Source: an uncultured Candidatus Saccharibacteria bacterium (GTDB lineage Bacteria > Patescibacteriota > Saccharimonadia > Saccharimonadales > JBBQAJ01). Taken from it: a stretch of 41,741 nt of DNA. Positions 35,388 to 41,741 of the stretch are shown one piece after another (the first letter of the stretch is position 1; the number at the start of each line of letters is the position of its first letter). The notes beneath the pieces are model-generated. The model searched no databases, was not told the DNA's origin, and worked only from the letters and a program-made list of their open reading frames with translations. A program made the position numbers and the translations under genes. The stretch is from positions 1-41,741 of the forward strand of contig CAZQHP010000002.1 in NCBI GenBank assembly GCA_964593805.1. The letters run 5' to 3'.

Positions 35388-36449
35388 CTAATCTGGAACG
35401 CCGCCAGTCCAACACAAACCGTCATTTGACGCGCCGGTGCCATAAATACTGAACTTTTTGCAGATTTTGTCTGTTCCCTCCACGCCAAAAAGAGGCACTT
35501 TGGACGATAGCGTGTTTGCGGGTACGCGTACTTGGATGCGCCGCTCCACGTCAGTTGCTTTGCCGGTTGCGTCAATCAATACCTGCGCTCCAGTTAGTTC
35601 TGCCGCGCCGGAATTTGCCGTGATAGTTAGTGCGGCGAGGTCGTAGATGCCTTTGACCCGCAAAAAATACCCGGCGGCGCCTAACCCGTCAATGACAATT
35701 TTGCACCTGTTTGGATTAGGTGGAGTAGGTGGAGCCGGAACGCTACAGTTTCCCTCCGCGGTTTCGCCAGTTGTTGAGCCATAGCTAATTGTGCCGCCAG
35801 TGAAAGCTTTCGGATAAATAAAGAACACTTTGCTAGTAGTCAAATCGTTGGGCGCGGGCGTGGCAGGATCGGCATCCACCAGCTCCACGCGAAGTACTGG
35901 AGCATCACAGTTTGATGGCCATGTGGTGGGATTATTTGAGGGGTCTGGGCAACCCAAAAAGCCGGTGACATTACCATTATCCCAATAAATTTCTATTGTA
36001 CTAATTGCTGCACCATTTTTATCTTTTATGGGCAATACATGCTGTTCGTCTGACTTGGGGTAAATGACTTTGGGGGGCGACGGGTCAACAAACAGGCAGG
36101 TATAGGCCGCCGCACTTGACGCAAAGAGCGACTGGTTAAGCGGGAGCGGCGTAGGAGTTATTGCAGCCGCAAAACTAGTACAGTCAGTCGTGTAGTCTAT
36201 GTCAAATCTGCCATCGTTGACGCTCCATGAAGCAATTGCCGTCTTGGCATCGTTGACACCGCTCTCTGCGGCGTAAAAAGCCTGTGTACTTAGTTGGCGG
36301 TCCAGGGCATTGCGCTGTTCCCGTCGGCTAATTTTGGCAAAACTAAGTACAATCAGCGTAATCACAATCATTAAAATCATGGTAACCACAATAGATACAA
36401 TGCCGCGCTGGTTTAGTTTGTAACGATTGTTTTTCATAGGGACACTCAT
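35388..36449 (-). CDS. PilX-like type IV pilus minor component (N-terminal PilX_N-type TM anchor)
   Basis: NQRGIVSIVVTMILMIVITLIVLSF...RREQRNALDRQLSTQAFYAAESG matches the PilX N-terminal pattern. Last gene of the minor pilin run. Confidence 0.6.
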   Translation of the reverse strand: MSVPMKNNRYKLNQRGIVSIVVTMILMIVITLIVLSFAKISRREQRNALDRQLSTQAFYAAESGVNDAKTAIASWSVNDGRFDIDYTTDCTSFAAAITPTPLPLNQSLFASSAAAYTCLFVDPSPPKVIYPKSDEQHVLPIKDKNGAAISTIEIYWDNGNVTGFLGCPDPSNNPTTWPSNCDAPVLRVELVDADPATPAPNDLTTSKVFFIYPKAFTGGTISYGSTTGETAEGNCSVPAPPTPPNPNRCKIVIDGLGAAGYFLRVKGIYDLAALTITANSGAAELTGAQVLIDATGKATDVERRIQVRVPANTLSSKVPLFGVEGTDKICKKFSIYGTGASNDGLCWTGGVPD

Positions 36450-37168
36450 GATGATTTTACTCTCTTTTGTACGGTTGTAGAAAGTCTAGAAATCGCGCAA
36501 AACTGCTTACCGGCGCCTGTTTTGCAACTGTCATTTACTCCGTCAGGAATAAGCGTTGTGCCATCAATATTTTGAAGCTTATCATCAAACAAATCAAACT
36601 CACCAGAGGCAACTTCTACCGTTACAGTATATGTTTGGTTACCATTATCTATTATATCCAAGGCAGTTAGGCGCATGCCGATTCCCAGTAATTCTTTATA
36701 AGCACCGGGGTATGTACTAGCAACCGATGCAGGCGTAATAACTTGAGCCGGACCGCTAGCATAAACAGTGCAGCCTCCTGGCGGGCGATAACTAGTTAAC
36801 ACGTAAGGATTTTGGTTAGCAGGATCAGGAACTGGAGGAGGCCAGGCAAGTTGTTTATCTATTATGTACGAATAGGCAACGCCGCCAACACAAATACCGT
36901 ATCTTTTTTTAGCAGTAGGATAGGCTGGGTCACCCGTGTACGGCCTTGTCGTAACCACCTCTTCACCGCTGAACTGAATTCCACGGCTGATTTCGTCTAT
37001 TATGCTCCTGGCGGTTTCTTGGGTGCGGGACTGCAGAGCCCCCTTATAATAAGCATTGGTAATTTGTAAAATACCGGTCGTAACCAGCACCAAAATCACC
37101 GAAAACACCATAGTGGCAATCATGAGTTCTATGATGGTAAAAGCCTGTTGGTTGGATTTGAGCTTCAT
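36446..37168 (-). CDS. Type IV minor pilin (PilW-like) with a prepilin-type N-terminal methylation domain
   Basis: MKLKSNQQAFTIIELMIATMVFSVILVL is a class III signal with Glu at +5. Confidence 0.7.
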   Translation of the reverse strand: MKLKSNQQAFTIIELMIATMVFSVILVLVTTGILQITNAYYKGALQSRTQETARSIIDEISRGIQFSGEEVVTTRPYTGDPAYPTAKKRYGICVGGVAYSYIIDKQLAWPPPVPDPANQNPYVLTSYRPPGGCTVYASGPAQVITPASVASTYPGAYKELLGIGMRLTALDIIDNGNQTYTVTVEVASGEFDLFDDKLQNIDGTTLIPDGVNDSCKTGAGKQFCAISRLSTTVQKRVKSS

Positions 37169-37599
37169 TACTGTATCCTGTAGTCCAGCTCTACACTATT
37201 TGCACCACCACCAAGCTTATCCCAAGTAATTTGAGTTGCGTAGGTATCCGGAGCTAGTGGATCTGGTTTAGTGATTGTTATTTGGTAAAGTCCGATCTTG
37301 CAGACCGCTGCGGTTGAGTCTGGAGTTGTTGCACCGCTAATGCAAAACGAAGCTGGTGCGGCCGCCAGGCTGGGTTTGCCCGTTTCTACTGCAATTTTGA
37401 TTTGTTCTACCTGTGATTCTGCAATTTTTAGGGCTTCGCCCTGCTCTTGGGCACTGCGAGTCGCGTTAGCACTGTGCCTAGTTGACGTAAACGCGCCTGC
37501 TAGTACTAGGCTAACTACAGCAATAGCAACCAGCACTTCTACAATTGTGTCACCCCTGTTATTAGTAACTCCCAGTGTATATTTTTTAATCATGGACAT
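37168..37599 (-). CDS. Type IV minor pilin (PilV/FimT-like)
   Basis: NNRGDTIVEVLVAIAVVSLVLAGAF is a prepilin-like N-terminus with Glu at +5. Confidence 0.6.
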   Translation of the reverse strand: MSMIKKYTLGVTNNRGDTIVEVLVAIAVVSLVLAGAFTSTRHSANATRSAQEQGEALKIAESQVEQIKIAVETGKPSLAAAPASFCISGATTPDSTAAVCKIGLYQITITKPDPLAPDTYATQITWDKLGGGANSVELDYRIQ

Positions 37600-38330
37600 G
37601 TGCTCGTTTGGTTTCCTATCGTAACTCGCGTACTGCCGTTATTCAAAAAGATTACTCCTGTACGGACGCCGTCTTTCAGGCAAATTTGGATACCAGATGC
37701 TGGATTCACTATGTTTGCGCCTCCCGGGTCTGCATGTACTTCAACCCTAGATGAGCCAGAATCCAAAGTATTGTTTACGGTATTGTATTGGCTAAATGTA
37801 GTAATGAAAGCTAGAGTGGTGATATTACTGCCGCCAACAATTTTCATTTCTACGGTAGTGCCACTGAGCAAATTATAATCTTCTGCAGTGTCTGTTAGGG
37901 GTGTTGGTTTTGCGCTCGCGAGACTCGTTACTTCTTTGCCGGACGGATCCAACCTCACTCCAGCATAACTTGTAATTTTGAATTTATCATAAGGAGGCCC
38001 GGTGGAAGGCTCTAGAGACAGGTACTGGCCAATGAAAGTACAATCTTGGTTTTGGCCCTGCGTAGACGGGATTGGAGTTATCTTTAGTGTTGGTCCGGGC
38101 TGATCCTCGCAGGTAACTGCTCCTGGATTATTATAGTATCCGGACGCAACGTTGCTGATAACGCTTTGCAGTTTGGTATCAAATTCACGAACTTGAGCCG
38201 AGAATTCAGTTTTTTGTTGCTGGCCGTTCACTAGCAACATGGCACTCAAAAACAATATGCCGCTTACGACAAGAAAAATCATTGTCTCAACAATGGTGTA
38301 GCCAGCACTACTGCTACGCACCCTATTCAT
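37590..38330 (-). CDS. Type IV minor pilin
   Basis: SSAGYTIVETMIFLVVSGILFLSAMLL is a prepilin-like N-terminus with Glu at +5. Confidence 0.6.
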   Translation of the reverse strand: MNRVRSSSAGYTIVETMIFLVVSGILFLSAMLLVNGQQQKTEFSAQVREFDTKLQSVISNVASGYYNNPGAVTCEDQPGPTLKITPIPSTQGQNQDCTFIGQYLSLEPSTGPPYDKFKITSYAGVRLDPSGKEVTSLASAKPTPLTDTAEDYNLLSGTTVEMKIVGGSNITTLAFITTFSQYNTVNNTLDSGSSRVEVHADPGGANIVNPASGIQICLKDGVRTGVIFLNNGSTRVTIGNQTSTCP

Positions 38331-38381
38331 GACTTAAAGTATAAAGCATAACTGGTTTAAGTAACAGGGGTTTTACACAAT

Positions 38382-39209
38382 TTAGATAACCAGAAATTGC
38401 CGCTTATAGGCGGTAATTAAGCTGGTGCCGAATAAGTAGACAATAATTGCCGCGACAATCAGTAGCGGTCCAAACGGCAGCTTGCTCTGCAGCTTAGTTT
38501 TTTTGGCGATTAACAGCGGTATCCCAATCATACTGCCCAACAAAGAAGCAATAAAAAGCATCAGCAGCGCTTCTGCCGCTCCGCCTACCAGCAAACCCAG
38601 TACTACAGCAAGTTTCACATCCCCGCCGCCAATCCATTTGCCATTTGAAATCTGAAACAACACGTAGAAAAGCCCCGCGCTAAAGACCACGCCCAAAAAA
38701 GCTCCAAAAAGCACTTGCCAATCACCTTTTGTTATTACAAAAAACACTAAAACATACGCTATCGCCAGCGCCTGCAGGGGAAAAATAATCCGGTCAGGCA
38801 AAACCATCCAGCGTAAGTCATATACCGTTAGCGCCATGAAACCGGTTAGAAAAATCAGCCAAAAGGCAAAAAGGGCTGAGGGCTGAGGGCTGAGGGCTGA
38901 GGGCCAGAAGACATAAGAAAAGACGAACAGAAAGGCTGTAGCCAGTTCTACCAACGGATATTGCCAGCTAATTGATTTATGGCAGTAACGGCACTTACCT
39001 TTTAGTGAAATCCAACTCACTACCGGCAACAAATCGTACCAAGCCAATGTATGACCGCAGTCCGTACACATTGACCTGCCGTGTAATATTGAATATTCGG
39101 AGGTTTGAGGGGTTTTGCTGGATCTGCTCTGTTTATGCAGACGCCACACCAGTGCGTTCACAAAACTCCCGAAACAAAGCCCCAAAATAATCAGATAAAA
39201 AATAATCAT
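38382..39209 (-). CDS. pilD: Prepilin peptidase / N-methyltransferase (A24 family)
   Basis: CFGSFVNALVWRL, the Cys pairs CTDCGHTL...CRYC, multiple TM helices and GGGDVKL (the active-site Asp region). Confidence 0.88.
   Translation of the reverse strand: MIIFYLIILGLCFGSFVNALVWRLHKQSRSSKTPQTSEYSILHGRSMCTDCGHTLAWYDLLPVVSWISLKGKCRYCHKSISWQYPLVELATAFLFVFSYVFWPSALSPQPSALFAFWLIFLTGFMALTVYDLRWMVLPDRIIFPLQALAIAYVLVFFVITKGDWQVLFGAFLGVVFSAGLFYVLFQISNGKWIGGGDVKLAVVLGLLVGGAAEALLMLFIASLLGSMIGIPLLIAKKTKLQSKLPFGPLLIVAAIIVYLFGTSLITAYKRQFLVI
38873..38905. repeat. Heptanucleotide tandem repeat inside the pilD coding sequence
   Basis: GGGCTGA occurs four times (38873-38900) plus a partial GGGCC. On the coding strand this is CCCTCAG x4, encoding PSALSPQPSA. 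Confidence 0.9.
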
Positions 39210-39276
39210 TGCGCTTATCTTAGCATATGCTGGGCAGAGTTTTTGTTACACTATCCTGCTTAAACTTTATGGCAAT

Positions 39277-39315
39277 AATTAATAATAGGCGGACTTGGGC
39301 CGCCTATTATTAATT
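39277..39315 (-). terminator. Long hairpin downstream of pilA, a likely terminator
   Basis: AATTAATAATAGGCGG / CCGCCTATTATTAATT forms a stem of about 16 bp around a 7-nt loop, 21 nt past the pilA stop. Confidence 0.55.
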
Positions 39316-39335
39316 AGCTTATTATCCCTCTAAGA

Positions 39336-39797
39336 TTAGGATTCAGTGCACTGATCACCAAGCGTAGAAGAGGTTGCTTCTATCTTGAACAGGGCTGCAA
39401 CAGCACGGGGTTTAGCTACTGGCGCATTTCCATTACAACCATAGTTAATCGCAACATTTATAGCGCCAGTTGCCGCAGGCACCCCGTTGGCAAGCGCAAC
39501 AGTTGTGCCGGCTTTTACTTTAGCTTCTGAAGGTGTCGTTCCGGCCGCTCCAGTAAATGTAACTATTCCGTTGGCCACAGCGACCGTTGTTGGGAACGTG
39601 CCATTATTGGCTGTAGAGAAATCATTCACTCCGCCCAAGACTGCTGCGGCGGCGTTTCTTGACTGGGTATTTCGACTGTTACGCTGTAAAGCTGGAACAG
39701 CCAGGAACACAATCAGCAGAATCAGACCGGCGATAGCTAGGACTATTAAGACTTCTATGATGGTGAAGCCTTTTTGGTTCTTTAGTTTAGTTTTCAT
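39336..39797 (-). CDS. pilA: Type IV major pilin
   Basis: MKTKLKNQKGFTIIEVLIVLAIAGLILLIVFL is a canonical G/FTxxE prepilin signal. The start is set at 39797, preceded by GGGGG. The gene has its own terminator. Confidence 0.85.
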   Translation of the reverse strand: MKTKLKNQKGFTIIEVLIVLAIAGLILLIVFLAVPALQRNSRNTQSRNAAAAVLGGVNDFSTANNGTFPTTVAVANGIVTFTGAAGTTPSEAKVKAGTTVALANGVPAATGAINVAINYGCNGNAPVAKPRAVAALFKIEATSSTLGDQCTES

Positions 39798-39921
39798 GTT
39801 ACAAATGCCCCCTTTGAACTTGTATTTAACGCTTATGGTTCTGATATTAGAGGTAAAGCCACGGAAAAGCAAGTATTAAATTTAAGTTTTCCACAGGGAA
39901 CCAGCAGACAGCGGTTAGCTG

Positions 39922-41145
39922 TTAGCCGCCAAAGCCGGATTGGCCAGCCAAACCGTATATAGGCAGCAGTACTGCCGCCACGATTATAAACGCGAACACG
40001 CCCATGATAACCATGAGAACGGGTTCAATTATGGTTGAGACGGTCTTTATTTGGTTATCTACTTCTTTTTCATAGTAATCGGCTGTTTTGGCCAGCATGG
40101 CTTCCATAGACCCAGATTGCTCGCCAATACGCAGCATATCTGGTACCAGCTCCAAAAAGTTCGGGTCGCCTTTCAAACATTCAGACAAAGCTTTGCCCCC
40201 TTTGACTTTGTCTGCCGCTTTGCTCAGCGACGTCTCTATATGTATGTTGTCTATGGCGCTGCCGGTTATTTCCAGCACTTGTAGTAGCGGTACGCCGCTA
40301 GCCACAAGCGTAGTAGCGGTACGGGCAAACCGCGCCATATACAGCTTCATAAACAGCGGACCGATTGGCCAGGCATGCATTTTGAATTTGTCTGCAAAAC
40401 GTTTGCCGCCCAGCGTATTGAACCAGCGGCTGCCAAAGAACGCCAGTAGTCCCAGCATAATCAAGACCAGCCACCAACGATCTATAATAAAATGAGATAA
40501 GCCCAGCAATATGCGCGTTAGCAGAGGCAGGCTGGCGCCTGGCAGACCTTCATAAAGTACTTCAACCTGTGGAAGCACCTTTACAATCATGAAGCCCACA
40601 ACGGCAAACATAACCAGCAGAACAATTGCGGGGTAAACCATGGCTCCCCGGACTTTGCTGAGTATTTCGGCGTCCTTTTCCTGCTGGTTGGCCAGACGCT
40701 CCAGAGCCGCGTCCAGCGTACCAGACGTTTCGCCGGCAGCAATCAGGCTTATGTATATGCGGTTAAAGACAGCCGGATGCCTGCCAAGCGCTACAGAAAA
40801 AGCGCTCCCTCCCTCTACGTCAGAAATAACTTGATTTATAACCACCTGAAGCGGTTTGTTCTGCGTTTGCTTGGCTACGCTGCGCAAACTTTGTACCAGC
40901 GGCAATCCGGCGTTTATAAGCGTGGAAAGCTGGCGGGAAAAAAGAATTTTGTCCTTTGCCTTAATCCTGTGTAGAAACTTGCCCAAGCCCTTTGTGGAGC
41001 CGCCATCCTTTAGATTGATGTCAAGCGGCGAAAGCCCTTGACTGCTGAGTAGCTTTGCGGCAGCTTGTTCGCTTTCGGCTTGGACTTCGGCTTTGATTTT
41101 CTGCCCGGTTTTGGGATCGCGGGCGGTGTAGCTGAAAACTAACAT
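39922..41145 (-). CDS. pilC: Type IV pilus platform protein PilC (GspF/T2SS-F family)
   Basis: A 407-aa protein with two T2SSF-type repeats (LFSRQLSTLINAGLPL ... / FARTATTLVASGVPLL ...) and three TM segments. GGAGG lies upstream of the ATG. Confidence 0.88.
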   Translation of the reverse strand: MLVFSYTARDPKTGQKIKAEVQAESEQAAAKLLSSQGLSPLDINLKDGGSTKGLGKFLHRIKAKDKILFSRQLSTLINAGLPLVQSLRSVAKQTQNKPLQVVINQVISDVEGGSAFSVALGRHPAVFNRIYISLIAAGETSGTLDAALERLANQQEKDAEILSKVRGAMVYPAIVLLVMFAVVGFMIVKVLPQVEVLYEGLPGASLPLLTRILLGLSHFIIDRWWLVLIMLGLLAFFGSRWFNTLGGKRFADKFKMHAWPIGPLFMKLYMARFARTATTLVASGVPLLQVLEITGSAIDNIHIETSLSKAADKVKGGKALSECLKGDPNFLELVPDMLRIGEQSGSMEAMLAKTADYYEKEVDNQIKTVSTIIEPVLMVIMGVFAFIIVAAVLLPIYGLAGQSGFGG

Positions 41146-41156
41146 GCGACCTCCGG

Positions 41157-41182
41157 CCTCAAGGAACAGGTTTCAAGGAACA
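41157..41182. repeat. Direct 12-mer repeat (two copies, 14-nt period) just upstream of the pilC ribosome-binding site
   Basis: TCAAGGAACAGG occurs at 41157-41168 and 41171-41182. Confidence 0.85.
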
Positions 41183-41209
41183 GGGCCCAGGACTTACCCA
41201 GACGATTTT

Positions 41210-41244
41210 TACTTGATACTTGATACTTGACACTTGACACTTGC
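41210..41244. repeat. Five tandem heptamers directly after the pilT stop codon
   Basis: TACTTGA TACTTGA TACTTGA CACTTGA CACTTGC at 41210-41244. Confidence 0.9.
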
Positions 41245-41245
41245 A

Positions 41246-41741
41246 TTAGCCTCTCATTAGCCGATCAATTTCATCCAAATCAACCGCGTAGTTTCGGGCT
41301 TCATCATACGTAATGGTGCCGTTGTGAATCAATGTAACTAGCGTCTTGTCCATGGATTGCATGCCGAATTCGGCGCCAGTTTGAATCACCGCTTCCAGCT
41401 GGTGGCTTTTGCCTTCGCGGATTATATTCCGCACTGCCGGCGTGGCTACCAGGATTTCCGCGGCCGCGATACGCCCGCCGCCAATAGTTGGTATCAGCCG
41501 CTGTGAACAAATTGCCATCAGTATGTTTGCCAACTGGGCGCGAATTTGCGGCTGCTGATGCGGCGGAAATACGTCTATCATACGGTCAATACTCTGGGCG
41601 GCGGAGTTAGTGTGCAGCGTGGCGAATACCAAGTGGCCCGTTTCGGCTATCGTAATAGCCGCGGCAATGGTTTCCAGGTCGCGCATTTCACCAATCAGCA
41701 CCACGTCCGGGTCTTCACGCAAGCTGCTTCTGAGAGCGGCG
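41246..41741 (-). CDS. pilT: Type IV pilus retraction ATPase PilT, C-terminal part only; the gene continues past the right edge
   Basis: REDPDVVLIGEMRDLETI, TGHLVFATLHT, IDRMIDVFP and the rest of the PilT C-terminal domain. The frame is open to the end of the window. Confidence 0.88.
   Translation of the reverse strand, partial: AALRSSLREDPDVVLIGEMRDLETIAAAITIAETGHLVFATLHTNSAAQSIDRMIDVFPPHQQPQIRAQLANILMAICSQRLIPTIGGGRIAAAEILVATPAVRNIIREGKSHQLEAVIQTGAEFGMQSMDKTLVTLIHNGTITYDEARNYAVDLDEIDRLMRG

Overview
This 41.7-kb window looks like a chromosomal segment from a small-genome bacterium with a Gram-positive-type envelope. It is most consistent with the CPR/Patescibacteria, probably Saccharibacteria/TM7. 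That placement is an inference from gene content (LPXTG surface protein, type IV pilus cluster, NrdR, compact housekeeping genes, expanded 16S V1), not a database hit.

Gene order, left to right:
- 5' part of a 16S rRNA gene (minus strand) with its promoter
- small receiver-like ORF, then gyrA and gyrB
- LPXTG surface protein and a membrane protein
- operon on the minus strand encoding a VirD4/TraG-like coupling ATPase and two small proteins
- 1.3-kb AT-rich gap with no ORF
- comM and a 2H phosphoesterase
- infC-rpmI-rplT and RNase P RNA
- PCD::RNase HI fusion, tRNA-Pro, M50 protease, rpmB
- MBL-fold protein, wHTH regulator, miaA, SDR, an alkyltransferase-like (ATL) protein, thrS
- tRNA-Val and a MazG-like ORF
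- tgt, a 0.87-kb structured gap with no ORF, nrdR
- processive GT2 glycosyltransferase and a membrane protein
- tRNA-Gly, tRNA-Thr and tRNA-Asp
- three small promoter-bearing genes separated by mosaic repeats
- PPIase, PH-domain protein, tRNA-Arg, ndk, a Xer-type recombinase
- type IV pilus cluster: pilX-like, three minor pilins, pilD, pilA, pilC and partial pilT

There is no CRISPR array, transposase or recognisable defence system.

Observations most worth follow-up:
1. The cassette-like array behind tRNA-Asp, whose junctions copy the tRNA 3' end.
2. The two large ORF-free regions, which carry promoter-to-terminator units, long hairpins and a recurring GC-rich palindrome family.
3. Heptanucleotide tandem repeats inside pilD and between pilT and pilC.
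4. Recurrent leaderless promoter/start-codon architecture.
5. A duplicated tRNA-Val 3' end.
6. A PCD-RNase H domain fusion.

All functional calls rest on motifs read by eye from the supplied translations. No searches were run.
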